A stretch of DNA of 63,340 nt, counting the filler, from Octopus bimaculoides (lineage: Eukaryota), in NCBI RefSeq assembly GCF_001194135.2. It is 6 parts of 6 records of this genome, joined end to end, with 100 filler letters (N's around TTAATTAATTAA, not from the genome) between each part and the next. Parts side by side here need not be neighbours in the genome. Positions count along the whole stretch, not along the records: positions 36,899 to 43,230 come from NC_068984.1; positions 43,331 to 47,840 come from NC_068997.1; positions 47,941 to 61,805 come from NC_068987.1; 3 more parts are not named here. One strand, given 5' to 3'. This document shows, one piece after another, positions 38,120 through 50,302 of the stretch. The notes under the pieces were generated by a model, which saw nothing but the letters and a program-made list of their open reading frames with translations, had not been told where the DNA came from and did no database searches. Both the position numbers and the translations under genes were made by a program. Position 1 is the first letter of the stretch. Each line of letters starts with the position of its first letter.

Positions 38120-40020
38120 CAAGCTGGAAATGTTAAAGGAATGCGGCAACCTTTTAGGAAAAGAAGGTACACAAAGCTCTGACAACACACCCTTCTACAC
38201 CAAACACAAAGGGTGTGTTGTCAGAGCTAGAATGCGTGCTCTAAGGAATGAAGGTGTTGGAGCCATGCAAGAGGCCCAAGTGGCAGAGGTGCAACAGGGA
38301 AACAAAGCCGCCATTCGGTCTCTGGTAGATGAAACAGGGGCGCAAATTACTCAAGCCAAGTAAAATGTGTGAGGCCTTTCAACAGCATTTTGCTCGACTG
38401 TTCAGTATGAGTGGCAAGCGAGAACACAGGGTGGACTTAAATGCCTATCTCCACAGCCTGCCACAACTCTTGACAGGAGAGGCAGGGTGCTGCAAAGGTG
38501 CCATCATGGTGGCAGAATTGTGAGAGGTGATGGCAGAATTCTCGAGGGACAAATCACTGGGTTTGGATGGTCTACCCTATGAGCACAGTTGTATGCCAGA
38601 CTTGTTTAGAGACGTCTTGGCAGCAGTGTACTGCAACTGGCAGCAAAACGGGTGCATCCCCAGTTTTGTGAGCCGAGGATCTGTAACACTGCTGAAGAAA
38701 GATCCAAACAAGGGGGACATAATAGATAACGTTAGGCCCATCCCTATGCTCAATGCAGACTTGAAAATTTTGACCAAGGTGTTAGCCAAGAGGTTGGTGC
38801 TTGTCATCAAGAAACTGGTTGACAAGGCACAAATGTGTGCTGTGCCGGGCTGAAGCATCCATGACAACCTCCATCTGATGCACTAAATCATAGACAAGGT
38901 AGTTAAGGAACCTGGCATGGGTGGGGCCATGATCAATTTGGATCAATCCAAAGCTTTTGATGGGGTAGACCATCAATACTTGGAGGCTGTCCTCATAGCG
39001 GCTGGTTTCGATATCGTCTTCTGTGACTGGATAGCTGCTTTGTACAGAGGCATCCGTTTGGTAATTCGTGTAAATGGACATCTATCGAGACCTTTTGACA
39101 TTGCACATTCAGTCTGTCAGGGATGTCCACTCTCGTCGCTTCTATATGTATTGACTCTCAAGCCACTATTGTGGAAGCTGTTGATGCTGAGAGGCATCCC
39201 ACAAGAATTGGGATGTGGGACGAGCATGTCTGCATATGTGGACGGCATCACCATCATAGTGTCTAGCCAGGAACACATCGAGCTGGTCGGCGAGACACTG
39301 AAAGACTACAAAGCGGTAACAGGAGCGAAAATCAACCAGGAAAAGTCAGTGGGCTTGCAGCTCGGTACCTGGAGAAGCAAGCCCATGCCATCCACCAGCA
39401 CTCCATCATAGGACACTGGATCGATGGTCCAGTCAAGTTGCTCGGGGTCTGGTTTGGTTCAGACCTCCAAACGGAGAACTGGAACAAGATATTGAGTAGA
39501 GTAGTCACTCTCGCCCGGCAATGGGCCGAGAGTAAGCTGTCCCTAAAAGATCGGGTGGAGGTGGCAAACACGTACATCGCGTCCGTCATCTACTATCGCC
39601 TGAACGTCGTGCCTTGTCCCAACCCTACCATCACCAAACTAGAACACATTCTCTTCTGTTTCTTGTGGAAAGGATGCGTTCTGATGGTTAGCACCCATTA
39701 AAAGGAGGGCTGGGCATGCCGTGGTTGATGATGCGCAGACACATGCTGAGACTGCAACATCTCCAGCTCTACGTAGACAACGGTGAACAGGTGTGGTCGC
39801 AATTTGTGAGGTGCACTTTCCCGCAGCTCATCTCCATGACTGAACTGCAGTCACGGATCAAATAGAGGCTGAGGAAGGGTGAATGGTACCACGAGTGTTG
39901 CTTTGCTCTCAAGCAACTATGCCGTCCCAGCTCAACCTTGAGTGACTTCAACACAACCAAAGCATTCTATAGGGGATTAGTAGAGGGGAGGTACAACGAC
40001 AATCTCAGGGTGAACCTAAT
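38120..40020 (+). pseudogene. Decayed L1/Tx1-clade LINE ORF2 (reverse transcriptase and flanks), truncated at both ends
   Basis: KSLGLDGLPYE, RPIPMLNADLKILTKVLAKRL, NLDQSKAFDGVDH, QGCPLS, AYVDGIT (YADD-derived), LGVWF, KGGLGMP in successive ORFs with stops and frameshifts. Confidence 0.95.
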
Positions 40021-40159
40021 CTGTTTCCCCTTTTTATACTATGACATTTGTGATACACGATCCCTATTGATCGGCCTTTTGGGGGGGGGAGCAATAACGT
40101 CATGCAAAAAAAAACACATTACAGTAAGTGACTTTCTGTTTTCCTTTCTTCTTTTTGGA

Positions 40160-41365
40160 TTATAGAATTATGCTCAAGCTGGCTCCGTCATTCACATGTG
40201 CCATCCTTGCTTCATCATTATTGTCAAACCAATCTTGGTGTTTCTTTACAACAATGCCAAGAATGTTACTACAAATCTCGTATACTCTTTCTTTGAATGA
40301 CTTCCAACTTCCATCACAGAACAAATTATTTATCTCACTCACAAACTCACTGCATACTGATTGAATCTTAAGTTTATTGACATAAATCCGTTTAGGTAAC
40401 TTGTCATTATTTGCTCTAACCTTAGGCTTGACGACAAAATTCATCTTGGCACACAAAAGCCTATGGTCAGTCCAGCACTCTGCACCACGCATCACTCGTA
40501 CAATAGTAAAGTCCCTAGTATCTCGTTTCCTGGTGAGGATGTAATCTATAAGATGCCATTATCTTAGAACCAGGGTGCATCTATGTCGTTTTATATTTAT
40601 TCTTTAGTTGAAACATTGTGTTCATGACACACAAATCCATCTCTACGCACATTTGTAACAGTAGTAAACCATTACTGTTGGAACTCCCAGCCCCATGCTT
40701 TCCTAAGACACCCAAGTCTCCCAATTTGCACCAACGTGAGCATTAAAATCACCTAAAATGACAACTTTCTCATCATGGGGGATATTGTGTATAATCTCTG
40801 TAAGTGATAGATAGAGGGCAAGTTTTTCATCTGATGAATTCATAGTTGGAGCATATGCACTTATGAGTGTTGCATAGTGACCTTTTCTTAATGGAAGTCT
40901 TAAAGACATCAAATGATCCAAATGACCACATGGTAGCTCCTCAAATTTTGAAACCAGAGTAGTTTTGATAGCAAATCCCCCTACTGATTCTCTCTTATAG
41001 GTCTCCTGTCTACCACTCCAAAATAAATGATACCCAGCAGATTTCTCTCCGAAATTCCCTTTTCCATGAATTCTTGTTTTGGTTAATGCTACAACAACCA
41101 CATCATATAACTGTAACTCTTTTGCAACAAGCACGGATCTTCTCTCCGGACGAGATTTCAGACAATCATTGTCTAATAATGTTCGAACATTCCAACATCC
41201 TATATTCATAGGCTTGCATCTTAACCTGAATTTACTCACAGCTGCAGGATAACGACCGAATCCAGGCTGTGGTGCACTGAGACACCTGCCAGAGTTACTT
41301 TCTCCTAGATAGACTGCCTTCACCATGGCTTAGGTAAACAGAGGAGCTCTATCCCCCTCTCAGCT
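40160..41365 (-). pseudogene. Decayed RTE-clade LINE, 5' part with AP endonuclease; RT absent
   Basis: NIGCWNVRTL, LISAYAPT, VILGDFNAHVG, CWTDHRLL, HQDWFDNND motifs; stops after codon 207. Confidence 0.92.
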
Positions 41366-41533
41366 ATTTATAAAAAAACAAAATCTAAAGTAAGAGAAAT
41401 AAATACAAATTAAAAATTGAGATAAAACTGAGTAAAATTAGAAATAAGATTGATATACAATATATATAATTTAAAAAACACAATATACAATATGTACACA
41501 CAGAGGCTGAAATGCAATATATACAATACACGC

Positions 41534-41590
<57 letters not shown>

Positions 41591-41600
41591 CTATATCTAC

Positions 41601-41986
41601 TTGTTGTTGGCACTCCGTCGCTTACGACGTCGAGGGTTCCAGTTGATCCGATCAATGGAACAGCCTGCTCGTGAAATTAACATGCAAGTGGCTGAGCACT
41701 CCACAGACATGTGTACCCTTAACGTAGTTCTCGGGGATATTCAGCGTGACACAGTGTGACAAGGCTGACCCTTTGAATTACAGGTACAACAGAAACAGGA
41801 AGTAAGAGTGAGAGAAAGTTGTGGTGGAAGAGTACAGCAAGGTTCGCCACCATCCCCTGCCGGAGCCTCGTGGAGCTTTAGGTGTTTTCGCTCAATAAAC
41901 ACTTACAACGCCTGGTCTGGGAATCGAAACCGCTATCATATGACTGCGAGTCCGCTGCCCTAACCACTGGGCCATTGTACGTCCAC
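41601..41986 (-). mobile_element. Full-length, relatively young SINE family C with LINE-like 3' tail ending in (AAC)n
   Basis: Head GTGGACGTACAATGGCCCAGTGGTTAGGGCAGCGGACTCGCAG...GGTTTCGATTCCCAGACC; tail ...CGACGGAGTGCCAACAACAA. Confidence 0.85.
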
Positions 41987-42429
41987 TATATCTACTAAAT
42001 ATGTGGGAAATAGTGCCTGTGGATATTTGGGCAGTTTTTAGCTAACTCCTCCTACATCGTTTTATCGATTTTGATGAAACTTGATGTGAGTAGAACTCAT
42101 GTCTGGAAACTTCATGGCATACTCAGATTGTTGAAAAAAAATTGACAACAGGGCCCCTGGAAGGGATCCTTACATATACCTAATATATTTTATTTTAAAA
42201 ACCAAGGGAAATAACCCATTTGTCCCTGGAAGGGACCTCTATATATAGCCAAGGGAAATAACACATTTTCCTAAATAATTTGTAAAAATGAAATTGAGTA
42301 TGCTTATTTCTTAGTATTTGAACTGTTAAAGTTATTTTTGCAATTTCTCTAGTGCAACCCTTAAACAAGTAAATAGTATTTTCCTAAGCAATAGATCCAC
42401 TTATATCGGCTAGTGACTTATTCACGAAT

Positions 42430-42870
42430 ATACCAACACTACCGCCTCTGAGGGTGCACCAGGCTCCAGTCTGATCTGGTAGCATTTCTACAGCTGGATA
42501 CCCTTCCTAATGTCAACCACTCCATGAGTGTAGTGGATGCTTTTTATGTGCCACTGGAACAGGGGCTGGAAGAGGCTGGCAATGGCCACGATTGGTTGGT
42601 GCTTTTTACGTCCACCAGCATGGAAGCCAGTCAAGGCAGCACTGGCATCAGCCACATTCGGATGGTGCTTTTTACATGCCACTGGCACGGGTATCACAAC
42701 TACAATTTCCATTTGATTTTTATTTTGATGTTGATGTACTTGACTCAATGGGTCTCCTCAAGCACAGCAGGTCACCCTACAATTCAAGGTAAGCACAGCA
42801 GGTTGTCCTATGATCCAAAGTACTTTTGAATGGGCTGGGTCTGGTTATTTGAAACTGGTGTAGGATACAG
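42430..42870 (-). mobile_element. Dispersed retroposon-like repeat with GGAAGGGTATCCAGCTGTAGAAA motif and three internal subrepeats
   Basis: Subrepeats TGCTTTTTA(T/C)GT.CCAC at about 42540, 42600 and 42668; motif recalled from widespread invertebrate SINE bodies (unverified). Confidence 0.6.
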
Positions 42871-42928
42871 CCATACTATATATATTCTATATATATATAC
42901 ATACTATATATATATATATATATATACT

Positions 42929-42967
<39 letters not shown>

Positions 42968-43274
42968 ATTCAAAATTGACAGATATCAATTCTAGTAAAC
43001 ATTCTAGTTTACTGGCTAATGCCTGTCCATTTTGTATCCTCTCCACTTTCTTATTTGCCATATACATCAAGGGTAAGCCACTTTTTACACCGCCCATATA
43101 GAACAGTTGCGAGCTCGCCATGTAATAACTAGCACTTGGGTAAGAATAATTGGGTACTACACTACCAGCAATATATTGGATAGGTACTTTCCCTTTGTTG
43201 GTTTCTCAACCTGGAAGTCACACAGATATANNNNNNNNNNNNNNNNNNNNNNNNNNNNNNNNNNNNNNNNNNNN

Positions 43275-43286
43275 TTAATTAATTAA
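43275..43286. other. Artificial scaffold-join spacer
   Basis: TTAATTAATTAA flanked by 44 N each side. Confidence 0.95.
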
Positions 43287-44281
43287 NNNNNNNNNNNNNN
43301 NNNNNNNNNNNNNNNNNNNNNNNNNNNNNNTATATATATATATATATATATATGAATACATACATACATGTGTGTGTATATGTGTGTGTGTGTTTCTAGC
43401 TTCGTAGCTAAGCTGTTTCCTTCATATGTCAGTGAGTACAGAAATTAAAAGTGGATGGTGAAGTATACTGAATTGTTGGCCACGTATATACTTATATATA
43501 TACTTCATAGAATTAGTATTTCCTATCATTTGTTGACGCAGTACAGAAATTAGTAGCGAGAGGGGAAGAAGAGGAACAGGGAAGCCTATGTTGAACTATT
43601 AACCACATAGGAGGGAGATACATTTACACACACATATTGATATAGCTTCATAGCCAAGACTATTTCTGGCAGGTGAAGTTGGTGAGAGAAGAAACTAGTG
43701 ACAAGAGGTGGATATATTCAAATATTGACATACAAAGTATTATAAACAAATAAAAACTTAATTTCTTCCTGGTGGTAAGAGTAAAACGTAGTGAAGTAGG
43801 TTCAAATACCGATATATATGTAGAGATAAAATAATGGTTTCTAATTTCGATGCAAGGCCAGCAACTTTTGAGGGGAGGGTGTAAGTGAATATCATGTGCT
43901 TGACTAGCGCTTTGCATTTTTGGAACCTGGAAGGGTGAAAGATAAGATTGACTTAAGCTGGATTTTAACACAGAATGGGAAGAGCTAGAAGAAATACACC
44001 AAGGCATATTCTCAGACGGGAAAAAGACATTAACTAAATGGCTGATATTATTTTTAGAATTTCCAGCAAATAAGGGTGACAACTCCAAACATTTTTCAGC
44101 TATATTGTACCTCCTCAGTGACACAAAGACATCACAGTGCTTACCAAAAAGTAGTAGTCATGATGGGAATCACTGAATAAATGTACAAATTTGCATGATT
44201 TATTTCAATTCCGATTCTACACTTTACTTATTCTATCAATCTCTTTTACTAAACCACTAGGTTATGGGAATATAAACAAAC

Positions 44282-44343
44282 CAACACTGGTTGTCAAGTG
44301 GGACAAATACAACACTGGTTGTCAAGAGGGACAAATACAACAC
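44282..44343. repeat. 28-bp tandem repeat, 2.2 copies
   Basis: CAACACTGGTTGTCAAG(T/A)GGGACAAATA twice plus CAACAC. Confidence 0.9.
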
Positions 44344-44395
44344 TAACACAAAGACACAAACACATAGACAGACAGACAGAAACACACACACACAC

Positions 44396-44551
44396 AACAG
44401 GCTTCTTTCAGTGTCCATATATCAAATCCACTCACAAGGCTTTTGTATGTCTAGGGTTATTCTAGAAGACGCCTAAGTTGATGTGCAGTGGGACTGAACC
44501 CAAGACCACATGGTTGAGAAACAAACTTCTTTAAGCACACAGTCATGCTGC
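44396..44551 (-). mobile_element. SINE family B, CpG-decayed
   Basis: Aligns with 48067-48224, with CG changed to CA/TG at several sites. Confidence 0.85.
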
Positions 44552-45529
44552 GTGTGTGCGTGTGTGTGTTTGAAAGAGAGAGAGTGGGAGAGAGAGAGAG
44601 GGGGAGAGAGAGAGAGAGAAATCTTTCTTCTTTTTGTAACATTTTTCACAAGTCATCTCTATATTTTCTAAAAACAATATCATTAATATTATTACTCGAT
44701 TCATACCAAGACTGCACAGCAATCCAGAGAGAGCTGTCTTTCATATAGTGAACTTTTGTTAATTTGGTTAAGTTCATATGCAAGGAGAGAAGAGAATCTA
44801 ATTTTGACCTTTCCCAGAAAATGATCCTCTACCCCCAACAACATACAAATTTAACAACTCTAACAATTCAATCAAATCTATGAACATCTCTCAGTAATTT
44901 CTGCCAACCCAGAGACCACCACATTTTTTTTTTACTTGTTTTTGCTTGCCTTTATATAAGAGTCATTGTCCTATACCCACTTATGTCTACAACTGTCCAG
45001 TTGCATTGTTTTGTTATTTATGTATATAAATAATGTGACAATGAAACTCAATGTCACTTTATGTTAAATAAGTTGAATGACAATAAATAATAGCTAGTTT
45101 CCGACTGATGAATAATGTGCTGAAACACCCTTACTAACTCTTTACTGCTAAGCCGTGTGTGTGTGAATGTGTGAACACACATGCACATGTGTGTGTGTGA
45201 GTGTGACCTTAATTTAATAGTCACGTAACTAAACTAAATGATTAGATTTCTCTTTCTTTTCTTTCCTTCTCTTACTCTTGCTCTCTCTCATATATCTATA
45301 TATCTGAAACAACCTATATATCTGTACATATATGTGCGTGCGTACGTGCGTGTGTGTGTGGACAGGAAAAGTTATCAGGGGAGTTCTAAGCACTTGAAAG
45401 ACTATTGAAAGTTACTGGACACCTAAGATTACAGGTAGTAACCCACTACTCACATAAATCTTGCCAGGATTTAAGAACTGATTTATGAACATAAATCCTG
45501 CCAAGATTTATAAATCAATAATAATAGTA

Positions 45530-45745
45530 ATGGTTTCAAGTTTTGGCACAAGCCCAGCAATTTCAGGGTGGGAGTAAATTGATTACATCGACCCCAGTGT
45601 TCAACTGGTGTTTATTTTATTGACTCTGAAAGGATGAAAGGCAAAGACAAGCTAAGCAGCACTTGAACTCAGAATATAAAGACAGATGAGATGCTGCTAA
45701 GCATCTTGGCTGGTGTGCTAATGATTCTGCCAGCTCACTGCCTTA
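45530..45745 (-). mobile_element. SINE family A, CpG-decayed
   Basis: GAAAGGATGAAAGGCAAAG core, GAACTCAGAA B box, GCTAATGATTCTGCCAGCTCACTGCC head. Confidence 0.85.
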
Positions 45746-46567
45746 GCGGGATGACCTGTCAGCTGCAGTTTCCTGACTGAGTAGAATGGGGCAAGCTTTG
45801 TTGGGCCACCTTTTCTAGGTTGTTCCTCTGAATGAGGTTGGTAGTGTCTTCCCTAACTAGGACAGCTTAGACACACAAGCAAAACCAAAGAAGTCTGCTG
45901 TCCCCCTGTGCCAACTGCAGTGACCATCTTACTCATGCCACCATCAAGTAAGCCTCAAGCTTGAGGCTTCTAGCATCATCCATACTTGCCTCTGTCACCA
46001 GCTGCTCATCGCCAATAGACTTGAGTGTAGAAAACAAAAAAGAGGAGAAAGTAAATGAAGGAAGAAGACTGAGATGGATTGAAGTTTGCGCTAAGATTTG
46101 TTTCCTGTGATCAGAAGGGTGTACAATGCTTCATCACATAACTTTGACTTATCCATGACTGGCCCAGTGGCAAAAAGGAGACTCAGGACAAGCTGCAGTG
46201 ACCTGCTGCACTGACAGCATGGAGTGGGGCACCTTTGCAGTCAGCCCACTTGGATTTGTCCTTTTGTAACTAATAGCAGCACAAAGCACAAGACATGCCC
46301 TAAAATATGAGATATGGTCACACAGAGGATGTGTGACCAGGGCAGCCATCAGATGCTAGAACAGATGCTGTTCTTGATTTAATGAAGAAAGGAAGGTAAG
46401 GCAGGAATTAGTTGACATGCTAGTTAACCCATAGCTGGGACTCTAACAGGTGCTGCTACTCTAGATCAGAGTAGACCTGAGAACAATTGTGGTTAAACTG
46501 CATCTGGTAGTGGGGCCCTGGTATGGGAGTTCCAGGGTCTTGAGGAATGTGGAACCACCTTACTGCC

Positions 46568-46652
<85 letters not shown>

Positions 46653-46704
46653 TAATAATAATAATGATGATGATGATGATGATGAAGATGATGAAGATGA
46701 TGAT

Positions 46705-47096
46705 GATGGTTTCAAATTTTGACAAAAGGCCAGCAATTTTGGGGGAGGTATCTAGTTGATTACATTGACCCCAGTGTCCAACTGGTACTCATTTTACTGA
46801 TCTTGAAAGGATGAAAGGCAAAGTCAACCTTGTTGGAATTTGGACTCAAAATGTAGAGACAGATGAAATGCCACTAAGCATTTTGCTCAATGTGCTGGGT
46901 ACAGAGCCAACAGTTTTGGAAAGTGGGTGGGGGATGGGTTACTCGATACCATCATTCCTAGTACTTGACCAGTATTTTATTTTATCAGTCCTGAAAGCAA
47001 AATAGCAAAGTTGACTCCAGCAGGATTTGAACTCAGAATGCAAAGAGCTAGAACAAATACCACAAAGCATTTTTCCTGATGTCTGAATGATTCTGC

Positions 47097-47130
<34 letters not shown>

Positions 47131-47352
47131 CCTTTCTACTATAGGCACAAAGCCTGAAATTTGGTGGGAGGGGACCAGTTGATTATATCAGCCCCAGTGC
47201 GTAACTGGTACTTAATTTATCAACCCTGAAAGGATGAGAGGCAAAGTCGACTTTAGTGGAATTTGAACTCAGATCACAGTGGCAGATAAAATACAGCTAA
47301 GAATTTTGCCCAGCATGCTAACGATTCTGCCAGTTCACTGCATTTATTATAC

Positions 47353-47407
<55 letters not shown>

Positions 47408-47600
47408 TACTTAAAGAGGCACAAGGTCACAAATTTATGGGGAAGGAGTTTAGTTGATTATACTGACCACAGTAACTGATTGGCACTTTAATTTCATTGA
47501 TCCCAGAAAGATGAAAGGCAAAGTTGACTTTAGATGGATTTGAACTCAGAACATGAAGAACTGGGTACAATACCATACACAATGGCACAAGGCGATGTAG
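46705..47600 (-). mobile_element. Chain of four head-to-tail SINE family A copies
   Basis: Cores at about 46810, 46995, 47230 and 47510; (AAT)n tracts at about 47098-47128 and 47353-47408. Confidence 0.85.
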
Positions 47601-47801
47601 TCTAATGGCAGATAGAGTTCAGATGTAGGATTTGAATTTCTAAAGAGCCATAGACTAAAAAGCAGCGCATAATATAATGTCTGATTCTACGAACCTTATT
47701 ATTCTCATACTACAGCTTGTGTTCTTAAGACATACGTGACCATCATAACTTCGTTAATCTTTCTTAAACGTTTCATGCCAATATCATAAATCATTACGTT
47801 G

Positions 47802-47839
<38 letters not shown>

Positions 47840-47884
47840 GNNNNNNNNNNNNNNNNNNNNNNNNNNNNNNNNNNNNNNNNNNNN

Positions 47885-47896
47885 TTAATTAATTAA
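47885..47896. other. Artificial scaffold-join spacer
   Basis: TTAATTAATTAA flanked by 44 N each side. Confidence 0.95.
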
Positions 47897-48066
47897 NNNN
47901 NNNNNNNNNNNNNNNNNNNNNNNNNNNNNNNNNNNNNNNNTTGTTTGCAATGTCCTGTACCCAGATATGCACCTATACATACAGGTGGATGTCGGTATGC
48001 ACATACCTGTACGTATATATGCATATACTCATTTACTATTTGTTTATATATATATATATATATATA

Positions 48067-48224
48067 TACGACGGGCTTTTTTCAGTTTCCGTCTACCAAA
48101 TCCACTCACAAGGCTTTGGTCGGCCCGAGGCTATAGTAGAAGACACTTGCCCAATGTGTCACGCAGTGGGACTGAACCCGGAACCATGTGGTTGGTAAGC
48201 AAGCTACTTACCACACAGCCACAT
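48067..48224 (-). mobile_element. SINE family B, near full length, CpGs retained
   Basis: ACGACGGGC...TTTCCGTCTACC...GGTCGGCCCGAGG...GGGACTGAACCCGGAACC...CCACACAGCCAC. Confidence 0.9.
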
Positions 48225-49639
48225 ACAAACATACATATATTCATACATACACACACTCATACATACATACAAATATATAGAGAAATAAACACAATTTTGT
48301 AAATACAGCTAGTAATGGTATATAAATAATTCACATGTATACTATGTCATGTATAACTTTGTTTTCGTTTTGCAAGAAAACAATAGATGCGTTGTGTCAC
48401 GCAGATGATGTACGAGGATGTACATCGCCAGCGATAAGATCTCGAGCTGTGACAAAAGAACTTTTACAAATAGTTCATTCATTTATCCTCTGTTTGCTTA
48501 TTTACTAATTATCCAGTTCATTCATAATAAAACTGAAGCGAAATACATCTAATGCATTTTAATTAGCAGCATGGCACTTCTAAAGTACATGTTTGTGTAG
48601 GATGCGTGTACTGCTTTACTTTTATGAGTTGTACTTAGTTTCAGTATTGACTGAAATTTGATTTAAGGTGAAGGCTATTTCATCTGTTTTGATAGCATGA
48701 GACCGGACAAAATCATTGCTCATTAAAGAGGTATTTTATGGAGTTATAGATAAGTTTGCAAGCAGAATAGTACTGTTCCTCAGATTCATACTTTTAATAA
48801 ATATATTGAAGTACCACCACGTGCTCACTCGATATTCTAGAGATAGCAGCAAGGCTTCTCTCAAATCATGCCTTGTTGCTTCAAAAACGATACATTCTTA
48901 TAAAAAGATTAGATCCCCAAGCTGGAATACTTTACATCGCATATCAGCTTTGACATGGTGCTTAACAATATCAACGACAGTATAGTAATGCATTCTCGTA
49001 TACATTTATAAATGAAAGACAATAAGGCTGTAAATTTCGAGACATATTTGTAAATGAATGAGACCGGGTTAAAATATTTTTTACGACATAAACAATTGAC
49101 AGCATCATTTTACTTCATTAGTTTTCCGGACATTAATTATTATATGAAACGGTCGAGATATATCTCCAAAATAACATAATGCCTGTTGGTGATATTATAA
49201 AATGTGAGATCACAAATATTCGTTGGTATTAAAATACACACAACGGTTAGAGTTTTTTTTTTAAAGGTAACTAGAGATATATATTAAGTAATAAAAAAAA
49301 GAATAACTGAAAAAGAATAAAAGTGTTACAAAGATTATATAAATATACAAACAAAAATCAATATCAAAAATAATTGGAATGGTTTGTGTTCCAGTAACTA
49401 GAAGGATATTTTATGAGATGTTGTAAAGTACGTCAAATGAAACACGATCACCTGTTTATCATTAAAGAAAATACCACTTATCACAAACATTATCATCATT
49501 ATCGTCATCATTATCATCATCAGCGGCAATAGTAACAACAAAGAAAATCCAACACGGTTGCACTTAACAATTTTGATTTACAACTTTGCAACAGCAAGCA
49601 AACGAGACATCGTGGTGTGCATGCCTTTCTGAAAGTAGT

Positions 49640-49865
49640 AGAAACCTAACTCAAAGCGACATATATATTGCTGTTTATCGCCAGATTTATCTGATTGATT
49701 AGACTAATGATCAAAGGTTTTCAATCCCGTATTTTCTCTCCAGGTATTGTGTATCTAGGACTCTATTATCCAACGTGTCATTCCATTTTGTAGGACTCTA
49801 GGAAATGATTTGCGAGGGATTTGACTGCATGCTATTTCTAACAGGTTGAGTGAACACGATAATGT
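49640..49865 (-). mobile_element. Decayed dispersed repeat family D
   Basis: GTGTATCTAGGACT..ATTATCCAA.GTGTC and GCTATTTCTAACAGGTTGAGTGAACAC match the reverse of family D. Confidence 0.5.
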
Positions 49866-50119
49866 ACCTTTATATTGGTTGGCGAAATATACGTTTCATT
49901 TCTTCATACTAGTTTATCCTCAGAATGTACATACCAGAATAAACCATTGTTATTTCTTTTTTAGTCCATCATCAGCTGAAGATCAAAGACGTTCAAATCG
50001 CAATCAACAATTTTCTTTCCCTTTTCTTTCAAGAGTGAGAAGAGGGATAGATAGAGATAGATAGAGATAGATAGATAGANNNNNNNNNNNNNNNNNNNNN
50101 NNNNNNNNNNNNNNNNNNN

Positions 50120-50163
<44 letters not shown>

Positions 50164-50302
50164 TGCTCTTTCATATTTAAGACAGAACGGTCTTATTTGA
50201 TTGCTGTTTTCTGTTAGGTCAAGAAACCACGTATACGCTCCCTCAATAGCTCATGAATAAACCATGTACTTCGTTAATAGAACCGTCTAGTATTAATCAA
50301 GT

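Noticed and set aside
41270-41365. HDV-like ribozyme expected at an RTE 5' end
   Set aside because: I find only a simple AGAGGGG/CTCCTCT hairpin, not the nested double pseudoknot; an RNArobo or Infernal search would be needed to exclude it fully
45105-45130. CTGATGA-N10-GAAAC hammerhead-like core
   Set aside because: No stem II, stem III or stem I pairing
46140-46360. Possible RNase H or LINE coding relic (FCHWASHG on minus; WGTFAVSPLGFV on plus)
   Set aside because: Similarity too faint to assign by eye
49935-49975. Minus-strand 41-nt segment with strong splice sites
   Set aside because: Stops in all three frames, so it cannot be an internal coding exon
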